Shown here: piece after piece, positions 38,160-51,346 of the stretch | Layout of the letters: every line of letters begins with the position of its first letter | How positions within the stretch are numbered: position 1 is the first letter of the stretch | Source: Marsupella aquatica | Lineage: Eukaryota > Plantae > Marchantiophyta | DNA length: 64,000 nt | Reading direction: 5' to 3' | Assembly: GCA_973895155.1 (NCBI GenBank) | Contig: OZ316898.1 | Coordinates: 18,032,752 to 18,096,751 of the forward strand | Made by a program: the position numbers and the translations under genes | The notes under the pieces: generated by a model | The model's input: only the letters and a program-made list of their open reading frames with translations | Told to the model about the DNA's origin: nothing | Database searches by the model: none

Positions 38160-40115
38160 TTCTGGTTTTTATTTTCCAGACTTCGAAGCAAGTCATATGC
38201 ACCACTAGTGACAATTGAGATCTGATCACGTTGGCCATGTTCTGCGGAGAGTGATGCTCCATTTCCAAGACAGATCAGATCAGTCTTGACGGTTTAGAAT
38301 AAAGTTTTCAGTTTTCTAATACATGTCAGATGCATGGGAAGCTATTTAAATCATTAACAGGGATTCCAATGTGGAGCCATTTAATTTTAGCTCAATTTGT
38401 GCCTATCATTCTCACATGTTTTGTTATGGATTTCATCCATGTGACGTTCAATTACTGCCGTCTCAAAAGAGGACTATCTGGATGTCGATTGCTACGGAGG
38501 CATTGTAGTTCTGCAGATTCTAAGATCCTGGTACACCTTCAGAAGATTAGGATATGAGCCCTGCAAAATTGTAATCATGGATCTCAAATAAAGTAGTGTT
38601 CTGCAACAGTCAAGAGTTCTCAATAAGCCACTGTCTGGAGAGAAATGCACATCTTCGCAACCGACTTGGCTGCTCGGAGGTACTAAGCCGGCCATCACTT
38701 TCTCTGTTCAGGACAAAGTGCTGCATCTCCTCATCTATTATCTGGACAGGACAGCCTTTTCGTAGCTAGGCCGCCCTAACTTGTGATATGTCCGAAAGGT
38801 AGAGGAGTTTCTACATTTCCAGACCATGCTCTGCGAGATGCTCTGTCAATGAATCCAATCAATTTCTGTTTTCGCTGAGCTACAAAGTAGCTGGTGGGTA
38901 GTGCATTATCCTCACAAGTTATCCATGACTGTTCTCGGGTCATCTACTGGAGTTAGTTGGGAGACATTGTCAAGATGGTCATGAAGGTCCAGTTTTGTTT
39001 GATTTTCTATGGAGAGGAAAGGCACTAAGGGCCCAGCTTTCATTTATTGACTCGGACCAAGTAGTAGAGAGTCCATAGATCATGGTTCTCGTTGAGCAAT
39101 TCACCCTCCTTTGTCTCTGGCGAGCTGCAGCTCATTAGGTGATTTTTCCAATTTATCATGACCATTGTAAACCCTTCAATAATCACTTATTAATACCCAT
39201 TTTCCCCCGCTCTCACCAAACACTATATTATTAGAGCTGTCTTGCATGTCTCCGGCCCTTCAATTTGGTACCCGAAATCAATGTTTAAGGAGTATATGAT
39301 TTAAGGAGAAAAAAGTGCCTGAAATGTCTCATCTGCCACCAGTTTCGACTGCTCCTAAAGGGGATGTCTTAAGTGCAGTCCCTACCTTTGAAAGACAAGA
39401 CAAGACGATCCTGTGGCCCTCACTCAAGGCGTCCCTCGGAAATTGAGGGAATGTTTTCGGGCCAAAGTGCCAGTTGCACGCAATGTAGTTAATATATCCT
39501 GCTCATTCTGGCGGATTGCTTGCTTATCAAATGTCATCTGGGTGGGAAGAAATCTTGGCCGTTCTCTGGAAAAAGGTTTTTTTGGTCACAGTTCAATCAG
39601 CAAAGAACACCATCTTTGTCGTCATCGATCTTCCAGCTCGCCCACTGCACCTTAGTTAGTACCTCACCCTCTGTGCCTCCCCTGCTTGTGCCATTCATGC
39701 CTCCCCCTTATTTATCGTCGAATGTACAGGCATTGGGCTTATTATCTTCCATCATATTAGACTGAGCAAAGCTGATTGAATGAACAAGGGACCAAAGTCT
39801 GACCAGTTTTATATTCTCAGAATGTTTGTTTTTGTTTTGTATGGAAGCCCATATAGAGAGTATTATTAGCCTCTGCCCAAATGCCTGCCCTTGACCTCTG
39901 CCCCAAAGCTTGCTCAGGACCTCTACCCATCTTACACTCTCTTGGGCATGCATGCACTTCTCCGCATGTGTTAATAAGTATGTGGAGTACCTTGCTGAGG
40001 AGTATGTGTGAACATTTGAAAATTGGATTTTATTCATTTTGAACTAATAATTATAATTCATTTTCGATAACAATATAACTTTTTATATAAAAATTTACCA
40101 TCCGTTTACAGTTGA

Positions 40116-40328
40116 TTGTCTCATAATTGGGTATAAAATGGTCTGTTTCCCTGTTATGTCCATGGGGATAGCTGGAGACAATGTACCAGTCCATCCAGGC
40201 TTTAGTGTTGGCATAGGGTGCTTGTCTCATGATTGGGTATAAAATGGTCTGTTTCCTGTCATAGTCCATGGGGATAGCTAGAGACAATGTACCAGTCCAT
40301 CCAGGCTTTAGTGTTGGCATAGGGTGCT
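40116..40328. repeat. ~106-bp tandem duplication
   Basis: ttgtctcat..ttgggtataaaatggtctgtttcc...ggcatagggtgct at 40116 and 40222. Confidence 0.95.
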
Positions 40329-40452
40329 TTTCATATTATTCGGCGCTTGTACGTACATAGCCCAACATGACGTAAATTTTACTTTGGACATTACAAGGTA
40401 AGTTTACGTTGTGAGAGCAGATGTAAAATGATAATTAATGTGTCTTCTTGAA

Positions 40453-41939
40453 GAGGTATATGCTTAATAGACCCCCTCTGGACTGTTTCTTACTTAATCA
40501 ACCCCCTATGTTCAGATCTGCCCCAATTAACCCCCTCTTACAATTTCTTACAATCATATAGTTCTTGGGAAGAGCAGTATAGAGAGACTTTACCACGGTG
40601 AACTCTAATTTTCTATCATATGAGCCCGTGGTCTCGTCCGCGGTATGCTGCAATTATGTCGAGATAAGAGTCAGCCCACAATCCACGCATGATAATATCA
40701 AATGACACCAGACGCAGTCATGGATACTTTTGTGTTTGAAGACAAAACCAGTATGGTCTTCAAACATTTAGGGGTCTCTAGCAGGGTCTCCATTTGTTTG
40801 AAGTTTAGAGGTAATAAAACTGGGCTGCTATCTCCATAATGTTCATATATAGTTGCTTTGTTGAGAATCTTTATCAGAGCATTCCACTAGAGACAAATCT
40901 ATGTTTGCATCCTCACTCACAAAAAATGCTTTGCTGGATCTCTTTGACACCGATTAATGTGCTAAATCGGCACACTTGCATTCAGAAATTATTAAAATTT
41001 CTCAAAATGTTTCCAATCTTTATACCGCAAGACCATTATGACAGCCAAGAATCCAAACACTTCTAAAATTCTCCAAAAATAATCCTTGGAAGTGTTTGCC
41101 GTTTTGAATTGAGTTGCCTTTGCTTCCATTACGAGCAATTGAACTAAGACACTTTGCATTATGTACTCTCGACAAAGTGTATTCACTAGAATAAACATAT
41201 CAACAACAATTGATGATAACATCCAATTCTTACACACTTTCTAGCTTATAGGCTTTCCCATCAGTTATCCTGGCCACATCCTAAACCCATGTGCAATTGT
41301 GTTTTTGGGCACGCTCTATCTTGTAGTGATAAAATGTCACATTAAAGAATGTCCACTTCAAATAGATCCCCTCTATGCCAAAGATGCACAATGACATCAA
41401 AATCTCCAACATTGATATCCCTACGTGTACCTCACACCACTACAATGTCATCTAGATTGCATGTACAAACTCTAACGAAAAGAGACTGAGCTTCCCAATA
41501 ACCCCCAATACAATAGATTCCCCCAAACCTCATGACCAACAGAAGTCATCATGACGTACAAAATGTGAAACAATGAACATTTGGACCAAGTTATGTGAGG
41601 ACAATTCAATAATGAACATGTGAAGACATAACACGTATTGTCTTCGCATCATTTATGAAATCCTTGATCGTCGCCGTCGTGGCGCGGCCGACCCTAAATG
41701 AAGCATTGGATGGTTGGCTCAAGTCGCTTGCACCCACGGACAGGTTCAGGTAGACTGCAATTGCAATACACGGCATGTCAGGAACCATAACTATCAAAGG
41801 GGGTTGATTGGGTAACAAACATACTTTGGGGGGTCGATTGGGGCAGATCTGAACATAGGGGGCCGATTGGGGCAGATTTGAACATAGGGGGTTGATTAAG
41901 CAGGAAACAGTCCAAAGGGGGTTGATTAACATATATCTC
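40453..41939. mobile_element. Non-autonomous Mutator-like element (MULE)
   Basis: ~90-bp TIRs starting GAG (40453-40540 vs 41850-41939); 9-bp TSD CTTCTTGAA (40444-40452) vs CTTCTTGCA (41940-41948); interior has no intact ORF. Confidence 0.85.
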
Positions 41940-43249
41940 CTTCTTGCATGATGCAAATGAATGTCGTGTTGTGTGAGTCTCTTTAAGGTGACCAGGGCAT
42001 CATAACACTTAAGACAGTGCGGCGTATCATATCGTGCAATTAATGTCTCATGTCTGAGACATTTTAAACAACTATGCTTGTGACATCATAAATGACCCAA
42101 GTCGATCCTGGTCCTTAAATTCCAAAGAAAATACCTGTATGCACACATTCTACATCTTATTTGGCATGGGATCTTATCTGAAGAAGGTCTGCTCTGTAGA
42201 CACAATGGCTAACACGTTTCAGGGATTTTTGTCATTTTTCTTTGTGATGGTGGATAGGATGTTTGACCGGTGTGTCCATGCACTGACGCTTAGTGGTGGG
42301 CTATGGGAGAAACATTTGTCTGCACAGACCACTCACATTGACACAACTGACTGAGACACTCTGATACTTTGGTTGGATGCATTTCCTCCCAGCATATCAG
42401 TTTGAGCACAATTATATTGTAACCTGGGACTGGGTATTTTCATGTAAGAAAGCAAATGCACTTGTAGATGTCTTGCCATTCAAGCTGCACCCAGTTCAGC
42501 CCGGGGTTCAGCCATTCAACCATGATTCCAACCATTCAGACTATAGAGGAGTGTGATTGCTTTAGGGACTTGCTGGTTGAGATCAATTAGCTCAACCAAG
42601 AAACCTTGCTCCCCTGGGCCCCCCAGAGTTAATAATAATGGACAGGACATGCAAATTAGGGGTGCCAGGGTTTTGGGTTGTACACTAACCCCAAAACCCC
42701 AAAACTTAACACAAAACCTGAGATGCCTTGAAGCCATGAGTTGTACCAAGCCTTAAACTAAGCCTGGGATGCCTGGGAGCCTGACTCAGACAAAGCCTGG
42801 CATGGGCCTTGACATCTTTTAGGGCTTTCACTTCAATCTTTCTTTTATGCAGCCACCGTTTGGATTTGGCTATGGAGGCTTTGACCTTGGTGTAACCCGT
42901 GAGTTCTACAAGCTTTGAAGGTCTGTGAGGCGCATGGCATACTGACAGTTGCAAGCTCCCGTGCAAGCCCTGGGCCCCCAGCATTATTAATAATGGGCCA
43001 GACGTGCGAATGGATGAAGGATGCAGCAAATTTGATTTGAGATTATTTTTTATAATTGGCTTAGAAGTATCAAGGGATGGTTTTATTCAAAGAACCCTTT
43101 CTAACTAATATAGGCTCATATAAATGTCGTCCAAGTTAATATGCTTCAAGAGGTGATGTAATATGGATGCGACAAGCGTCACAATAGGATTGGTTTGTGG
43201 GCCACCCTTTATTGGAACATGTGTATATGACATGTAATTGTGCTTGAAA

Positions 43250-45452
43250 CACTAGAAGAACACCCGAGCTCAAGAGGGTGCATCTGAATCCTCCAAGCAT
43301 GTAAGTTATATGAGTTCTGATTGGTAATTGAATGACCTGCATTGAATTTCAGGTGTACACTGTATATAACATTGATTGTGCATATATTGCCCAACATTTC
43401 ATATGGAGTGATTGAACCTATACCCCTGTGTCATGTAGGGAGGTGGATCTTCACTTACAGAGATAAGTGGTCGTTTTAAGGCTGTCGAAACATGTCTTCC
43501 AGAGATCAATGAACATTTGAATTCATTGACTGACTTGTTCCATGTGAACTTCAAGACATTAATGGAAGTTGTTATGTCGGTGAGAGATAAAATTGATTCC
43601 AATTCTGCAGGAGTTCCACCATCACCACTTGAGGTGGCAAAGTCGATGCACTCTTCTGGCATGCCAACGACATCTAGGCTTGAAGGTAAGGCCTTTACAA
43701 CTGTGTGGGATATGATTATTAAACGTATAGTTTGAATTGACATTGTTTGTTGAATGTGTAATTTTCAGTAACATATATTGTGGTTGTTGTGTCCATAGAG
43801 AATAAGACAGGTGCTGCAGAGAAGAAGTATGAGAACCTGGCAAAGACTCGCTGTAATTTAGAGGCAACAAAGTTGGAGTCTGTACATGCAACTTGTTTGA
43901 CAGAGGGCAGTCAACCATGTTTGGATGAGGATGACATTGGCAAGGGAGTGGATGATATCAATGTTGGGGCAAATGAGGATGTTAGCAACCATGACAATGA
44001 TACCATTGAGCCAGATTCATGCTATGTAGATCTTGACTCCATTGCAGAGATAAATGATTTGCAAAATGTATCATTCTCAATGACAGGTGTGCCTCTTGTT
44101 GAGATAAATTCAACCAAAGAGTTAGTTGGTATGACACTCCCAGGTGAGGAACCTGCTACTGTGACAGTCCTAACAGAGGAACCTATTGAGCCTAGCTTCA
44201 CTACTATGAAGAGAGGAAGCATGCGCACACGAAGCAAGTCTGCTGGTGGGAGCAGAGCCACGTCAAAGGTTTCATACAAACCTCCAAGAACGGTGCTGGA
44301 AGAAAGATCTAAGGTGGAAGTGGGGAAAGCACCTAATGCTAAGGGACAAAGTGGCTTGTTAGCTGTTGATGAGAGTGGAACACGAGTAGCTGTTGATGAG
44401 AGTGCAGGTTGGTTCTACAACGTTCCATGGCAAGAGGATTCCCCCAGGTTATTCAGTAGTGTTAGTCACATTACTAGTGAAACCTAAAGCTGTCCTTCCC
44501 ATTCCAAACACAAATGATGATCCTCCTCAGAAGACACTTGGAGATGCTGCAGGTTCTTTGGTATTATGGCCAAGCAAGTTCATAGAGGATCCATAACAAT
44601 GTCATGTCATTATTTGTTTGTAGTGTGAGTCATGTTATGTACATTTTAGATCTCAAGAAGCAGTACAAGAATCATGTCCTCTTGGAGATTCATAGTATCA
44701 TGCATGTGCTTTCAGTTATCTCATCCTGTAGTCATCAGTTATGAGTTCCTATTTTGTCTGAATTACATTGATCACATTGTAAACTATTCCATTGAAATTC
44801 AAATGATCTTCATTTTTTAGCAAGATTATGATTCTGTTTAATTCTTATGAATGTTTTATGTAGGATCTGCTTATATGATGCTTTGTTTCATGTGGATGTC
44901 ATTCATGCTATGTTCATTTCTTGTAATCAATGTGTTATATTTCTAAAGTTAGAACATCAGTGTTTCTATGTATTAAAATGTGGAGTGCTCTCTCTCCTTA
45001 TGAACTGTCCCTTTGTGTTCATTAGTCATGGTTACAACTTGCATGTGAACCTTATTAGTTATAAATATGAGTATATAGAGTCCCAAATGGTTCTGTTGTG
45101 TGACACCGGCCAGGGTCCCCATTGGTCTATCTTGTGACACTAAATGGTCGCAAGCTAGTCGTTGTTGAATGCGAGTAAGTCATGTATGTGACTTACCATG
45201 TGACTCGTTAAAGTCATATTGCAGTCACGTAGAAACAAGGCTAGACTCCACAATAAAGTCACAGATCAGTCACAAATGGGTATCAAGCAAGTTGCAAAGC
45301 CCAGTATCAATAGTGACTTCCATTTTTTGGTCTCAACTTTTGCAACTCCAAGGGTCACAGCGTGGGTCACGTCACGTTGAGTCACAATGAAGTCACATGA
45401 GCCAAAATGAGTCACATATTGCGGTCTCAGTTCACCTCGGATTCTTCTAGTG
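43250..45452 (+). mobile_element. CACTA (En/Spm) derivative with ORF2/TnpA-like remnant
   Basis: TIR CACTAGAAGAA (43250) and TTCTTCTAGTG (ends 45452); gtcac/gtgac subterminal repeats 45095-45420; spliced, frameshifted ORF ending FHGKRIPPGYSVV...LPIP..DDPPQKTLGDAAGSLVLWP, typical of CACTA ORF2 C-termini; TSD imperfect (AAA/CAA). Confidence 0.75.
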
Positions 45453-45699
45453 CAACATCTATGATTCAAAGTAGTTTAGGACTCTGGGGCTTTGAACCTT
45501 GACTACCCCGGCCCTAGGGTTCAGAAATGCCCAAAGTTGAAGTTTTGGGTTAAAGGGTCACGAACACAAAAATGTAAGTACCCAAAACCCTCCCAAAACA
45601 CTCCCTTCAATTTTGGAACCGTTTTCACGCTGATGACTTTATAACTTTTCAAGGCTTTCATAAATGGTGTAAAATGTGAAATTATAATATCTCAAAGGG

Positions 45700-46130
45700 G
45701 CAGATTTATTCTCCAAAATTAAGTTTTTAAGAATAATAAGAGAATTTTTTATAGGCTCCCAAAAATAATAAGGGGTACTAGGGAGGGGGATGTACGCACG
45801 TAACCTCTTTAGTTTACAAAGGCTGGGGGCCCAGGGCGTGCAAGTTATGGTAAAGACCAGTTGCTGATGCTATTGTCAATGTGCAGGAGGCATTACTGCT
45901 AAGGCGGGCTGTTGTGGAAGGTAGCATTTCTTCATCCCCACGTGTGTACCTACTTTCTATCATGGTATATCTCTAATGAATGATTGTACCACGCACGCAA
46001 AGGTTTATAAGGTTTGAAGGCCTTTGTCAATGGTGTGACGTGTGGATTTATGACTTCTCCAAGACGCAAATTTATTCTCTAAAACTAACTAAGTTTTTAA
46101 GAATAACTAGAGAAATATTTATTGGCTCCC
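45700..46130. repeat. Local ~60-bp direct repeat pair; nearby motif also at 47615-47680
   Basis: gca(g/a)atttattctc...taagtttttaagaataa...ggctccc at ~45700 and ~46066; tttagtttacaaaggctgggg at ~45808 and ~47646. Confidence 0.65.
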
Positions 46131-47059
46131 AATCCCTGGACCCTCACTAAGGGAAATGTAATGAGACATACTTGTGACCGAAGGCCCCCCAGGTTATATT
46201 TTGGAAGAACATTAAAATGTATCTTGTTCGTTCTAAAAAGAATTTTCAGTCCTATATAAAATTTACCTATGTTATTATAATCAGATAGATTTGAGGATTT
46301 AAAACACCCTTCATTTGTTATAAAACAAATCTTTTGGGAAGAGATTCAATCATGAATGCACATTTTATTTAATGTACCATAATTAAGTGGCAAGTATACT
46401 AAACAAACACATTGCCATATAATATTTGGCAATGTGTGAAAGCCATTGGGGCTTTAGCACACAAACATCTAATTTAAACTACATACGGGACTACATATAT
46501 CAAAGTTCTCCAGAAGATTCCAACAAAATCCCACTACAAGACATGCATTAGAGGTGACATTGCACTTAACAAGCCAAATAAGTTATCCACTACTCCCCTC
46601 TGTAAAATGCCAAACATCTTACTGGGCCATAGATTCTTAATGTTGCTCCATACATATGGGATCCAGGGAGCATTCACTTCTGAAAACTGAGAGCAAATAT
46701 TACAAATACTGGAATCACCACACTCAACACAAACCCATTGGGCTTCACTATTGTCCTTCTTGAAATTAGAACTCCCTAATCCACTGGTGTGATGACACGT
46801 AGTCCAATGAATAAGTGACGGGTGTCATTAGGTATTACCATGGCCCTTCAGTTCATTAACTTTGGTACACATTTTAAAAAACCCTTCACCTCTTCTAATC
46901 GGTTGCAAATATAAACAAGGACCTTGTTGCTTAGAACGGTGTTATATTATTATTCACGGATTTGATATTTAATACCCATCGGACGTTTGCATGTATGTTT
47001 TGTTATTTTGTAAGCTGAGGGCCCAGGGATCCCAATGCAAAAGTAGGAGGGGTATTTGG

Positions 47060-47210
47060 GATGTTAGATATTGCTCTAGTCTTGTGACTCGTGCGCTAAC
47101 CACAATTAGGCTAACTCGGGTTAGGACTTAGCTAATGTTAGCGGTAGTGTTGTTGTGTATTAAGCCAGGGCAATGCCAGACCCTGGTGGAACTTAGGCTC
47201 ATTGTTACGG
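47060..47210 (+). repeat. Dispersed repeat (family D), inverted copy at ~60730-60870
   Basis: tattgctc.tagtcttgtgactc...caattaggctaactc(g/a)ggttaggacttagct...atgccag.ccctggtgga is shared. Confidence 0.8.
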
Positions 47211-48584
47211 AGCTAATTGAGAGATAGGGAGAGCTTGTGCTGTGGATGCTTGGTATGGCCGGTCGGCCTAGAGTGCAGTCCCTGGGCCCTCACTCCATGT
47301 AAAAGAAGTGGACCCCCTACGATCAGGCCCTTTTCGTGTTTACCCCTTTTTATTTCTATTTTACTATTAAATTTCCCTTATTACCGGTAATAATTATAAT
47401 TATTAGTTCAAAATTAATAAAAACTACCCTTCAAGCATTCGCATGTCCTCCACGTATTAGTTAAGACTGAGGGCCCAGGGAGTGCAGTAAAGCTCTTGTG
47501 TGTTCCCGTGGATATAGCCTCATGTGGAGGTGAACCACATATCTCTTTGTGTCGACTCTTGTGCGTTGGATGGTTCATGGGCTTGCAGTTGCGAATGTCG
47601 TCTATGCTCAACATGGGAGGGGGGTGTACACATACAGTATACGCCTTTAGTTTACAAAGGCTGGGGACCTAGGGCCTTACTCTAGATACAGGAAAAGTAT
47701 GTCAGGAAGAAGATGTTGTTTAGAAATTGAAGGTTGTTGAAAAGAAGGCAGCGTGCTTTGGCAACAAGATGATGGCTGGAGTAAAAGTATTTCCCCTCCA
47801 GATTCCCCATAGTGCTCAGTGATCAGCAAGGATGTAGACTTCTTGGAGTAGACATAGCTTCATACCTTGGAAGACCGCTTCTCACTGTGGCACTTGTATC
47901 ACTTTCCATAAAGCATAAATGCCTAGCATCCTAACATTGTTTCTATTTAATGTAATCAATTTATGCCTCCTCAAATTGACCTCAATTCTCACTTCCCAAA
48001 GAACAAAAAGTGTCAAAGCATGAGACAAATTCAAATATCATAGTAGGGTGTCTCAAAGCATTATAGTTGCAGATGACGGTTTTTGGCCATAAACAAAAGG
48101 TCATAGCTTTTCACAGGGTAGTGTAAAGGGTTATTGTTTTTAGTAGCCTGTACAGTGACTTTTGCTACCATGACCAATCCTTATTGCCAAAAGTTATGAA
48201 TCACAAATTTGGTAGTCCGTAACTTTTTCTTAACTACTAAGTCAAGGGAGGGATATGCTTGGTAGACCCCCTACCAATAAAACTTTATTTGATCAGCCCC
48301 CAAAAAAAATTTGTCCTCATCAACCCCATCTTGATGAGTCATACACTCTATTCTTCTATAAGGCAAAAGTGCACAGGTCCCTACCATGCCTTACCTTGTC
48401 ACCGCAACAGTTGCCTCATGTGCTTGACCATGTCTCTCTGTATGCAATGGGGCCACAGTTTCCTGTTGTCGCACTAACTCAATTTCCTAGTTAGGATTTG
48501 AAGACAGTATATTATGTCTTCAAATCAATAAGTCTGCACACAGTGCGCTGTGGAGTGCCAGTGTCACTTTTACTTGTGGGCCCG

Positions 48585-48890
48585 GGGTCCTCAATTCTTT
48601 TCTTCCAACCCATCACCCCGCCCATCACTCGCAAGTAAGTATAGGGTTTTATTGCGTTTGGTGAAAGACTTTTAAATTTTTGTTAGAGAGCATTAGCGTT
48701 GTTTTAATCCAGTTTGGATAATTATAAGCATCATAGGGTTTTTAGAAACCAAATTTGAGAATATTCCAAGAATATTCCATTAAGTTAGGGAAAAAACTCC
48801 TCAAAAAAACTTGTTGACTTAAGTTTTAGGGTGTTTATTCCCCCAAAACTTCACACGTGATATAGGACACACCTTGGATTGAGGCCCCTG
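48585..48890 (-). repeat. Family A dispersed repeat, uninterrupted (empty-site) copy
   Basis: Reverse complement aligns across both flanks of the solo LTR. Confidence 0.85.
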
Positions 48891-49824
48891 AGCTTGTGGG
48901 TTCTAGGCGTTGTTCTCTCATGGGTTTAGGCAAGCACAATTATTTAGTCGGGTTGGGCAAAGGCGATGACAATTTCAGGAGGGCACGTAATCAGTAGTAT
49001 TTAGGTTTGAAGCAAGACTGTACCCCGAGTATAAACTAGCAAGCCATGTGGGAAGGACTCTTTTCTGAGAATTTTAATGTTTATGTTTATGGTGAGTCTT
49101 ATGTCCCTTATGCCTTTTGAGATATGTCATAATTTAGTCACGGAAATGCAAAAGCGTGTATTATTAACAATAACCATTCTCCCCAGGCCACAATAATGTT
49201 TATGGTTTAAGGTTCATGGTTGGAATCAAATAAATTGAGTGTAATTAAATTGGCAGTGTTTATTGCCACAAGCATGTCATTACCTTTAAATATTTCTGAT
49301 CATGATTCAATCTTGCTTAATATGAATGCAAGGAGAACCAGGCTATCAACTACTAACAAAATCCAATTACAGGGAAAATGCCAAAGAGTAAATCAGATAT
49401 GAACAAATAAAAAACCTTGTTTCAGTTGATATGAAGGTGTAAGATACTAGTGTCTCCATGTAAAGTAATGCATGACTACATCTGCTTTTTGCATTTGTCC
49501 AAAGCCCAAAGACCACCCATACCCAACTCTTGCATTACAAAACTAGCTGGTCAAATTTTTATGGGGGATATTCTCTGTCATTAAATGTAAATTGCATATA
49601 CATAAGAACCTTCAGTTTTGAGGTAGTCGTAAGGTTTGGGAAGTCCCTAGGCTCCACGCCATTCACCGATTTAAGGGCCCACCAATTGACAGGTAAGATC
49701 AGTAAATTGCAAGCGAAACACAAGGATTTATGGGTTTAGGGTTAAAAATACCGTAAACAATTCAACAAGGCAATATGAACATTGTCTTTATGGGCTTCTT
49801 TTTTTAAGAGAGAGTACCAGTCCT

Positions 49825-50175
49825 TTTGCTCACCAATGCCATGCAGAATGGTAGAGACTGGTGGTTTTCAAAGACATTGTGAAGATTGTCTTTAGATAAC
49901 ACTTAGTATTTTCTCATATAGCAAGTCAGAGTATTTTTTGCTAACCCATGCCGTTTGGGCCAGGGTAAATGGTCAACACTGGTGGTTTTTGAAGACATTG
50001 TGGACAATATCTTCAAATGGCACTTAGCATTTTTTCAGCAAAGTAGCTTGTGCTCACCCATGCCACTTGGGCAGACTAGGGGTGAATGGCTGACAGTGGT
50101 GGGTTTAATTGGAAAATATTGTGGACATATTGTGAATCAATTCACACTTAGCATTTATTTCAGCAATACTTAGTA
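49825..50175. repeat. Three degenerate ~120-bp tandem units
   Basis: tgct(c/a)acc(c/a)atgcc...tggtgg...attgtg...cacttag recurs three times. Confidence 0.75.
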
Positions 50176-50510
50176 GTTTTTGCAAAAAGGGGCCACAAAA
50201 TGATCTATTGAAAGGAAATTGTCAAAGCAAGAAATGATGTTCATGTGAATTTTTCAAAACAAGCAATGATCTTCATGTGAATGTCTTCACTAATCTTGTC
50301 GATTGGGCACTGCGGAACTGAGGCACCTGTCTTAAGAACCACAGCAATGACGAGCTCCCATTCAAGGCCTGTGGTTTGACCTTTGTGCAGTCACATCACA
50401 ATTGGGCAAAGCTCATAGTCAGGGCCACTAGTCACAGTCTATTGACCAAGTGTGGTCCTAGTATGCCTGAATCTTCATTAAGGAGATCATCTGCAAGAAC
50501 ATCTTGTAAG

Positions 50511-50990
50511 GCTCATTAAGAGGGGATTGATCAGAGAAAAAAGTAGAGAGGGGGGCTGATCAAGCAAAGTTTTCCTGTTTGGGGTCCACCAAGCATATCC
50601 CTCAAGTCAAGGTCCATCAAATTTTGAGTTTTGACACTTCCTAGTAGACTCATTAGCCAGTTTTGTTGGCTCATTAAGAGGGGATGATCAGGGCAAAAAG
50701 TACAGAGGGGGCTGATCAAGCAAAGTGTTTTTTTTTCTGTTGGGGGGTCCACCAAGCATACCCTCAAGTCAAGGTCCATCAAATTTTGAGTTTTGAAACT
50801 TCCTAGTAGACTCATTAGCCAGTTTTGTTGGCTCATTAAGAGGGGATGATCATGGAAAAAAGTAGAGAGGGGGCTGATAAAGAAAAGTTTTTTGTGTGTT
50901 GGGGGTCCACCAAGCATACCCTCAAGTCAAGGTCCATCAAATTCTGAGTTTTGAAACTTCCTAGTAGACGCATTAGCCAGTTCTGTTTGG
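50511..50990. repeat. Three ~160-bp tandem units
   Basis: Units start gctcattaagagggg at 50511, 50669 and 50831; inverted partial copy at ~48240-48345. Confidence 0.95.
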
Positions 50991-51187
50991 TCTCCTGTAG
51001 AGATCATTATCAACCTCTTGCGATATGGAGGACCCAGTCAGGGGTCAACTTACTGCTCTTCAGGAATGGACAATTACAGTATTTGCTCTCAATGGACTCC
51101 ACCACACACTCATTGCACTTGATTATCTACTCTGGAAGTGGATCCGCCAGCATGGCCACGAGCACAGTGTCTCGATAGGAGGCTCAT

Positions 51188-51346
51188 AACTTGATTGCTT
51201 TCCAGTGATGAATTCTGACGAAATCAAAGGATGGATTGACCTACTGTTCCCGGGACTGTTCCATCCACATCTATTCAAAACTTGATTGCTTAGTTTTCCA
51301 GTGATAGATTGTGAAGAAATCGAAGGATTGATTGACCTGCAATTCC
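51188..51346. repeat. ~90-bp-period degenerate duplication
   Basis: aacttgattgctt...ttccagtgat...gaaatc(a/g)aaggat(g/t)gattgacct occurs twice. Confidence 0.75.

Noticed and set aside
38226-39400. Possible kinase exons for the LysM gene
   Set aside because: No long ORF and no VAIK, HxD or DFG-like motifs recognised.
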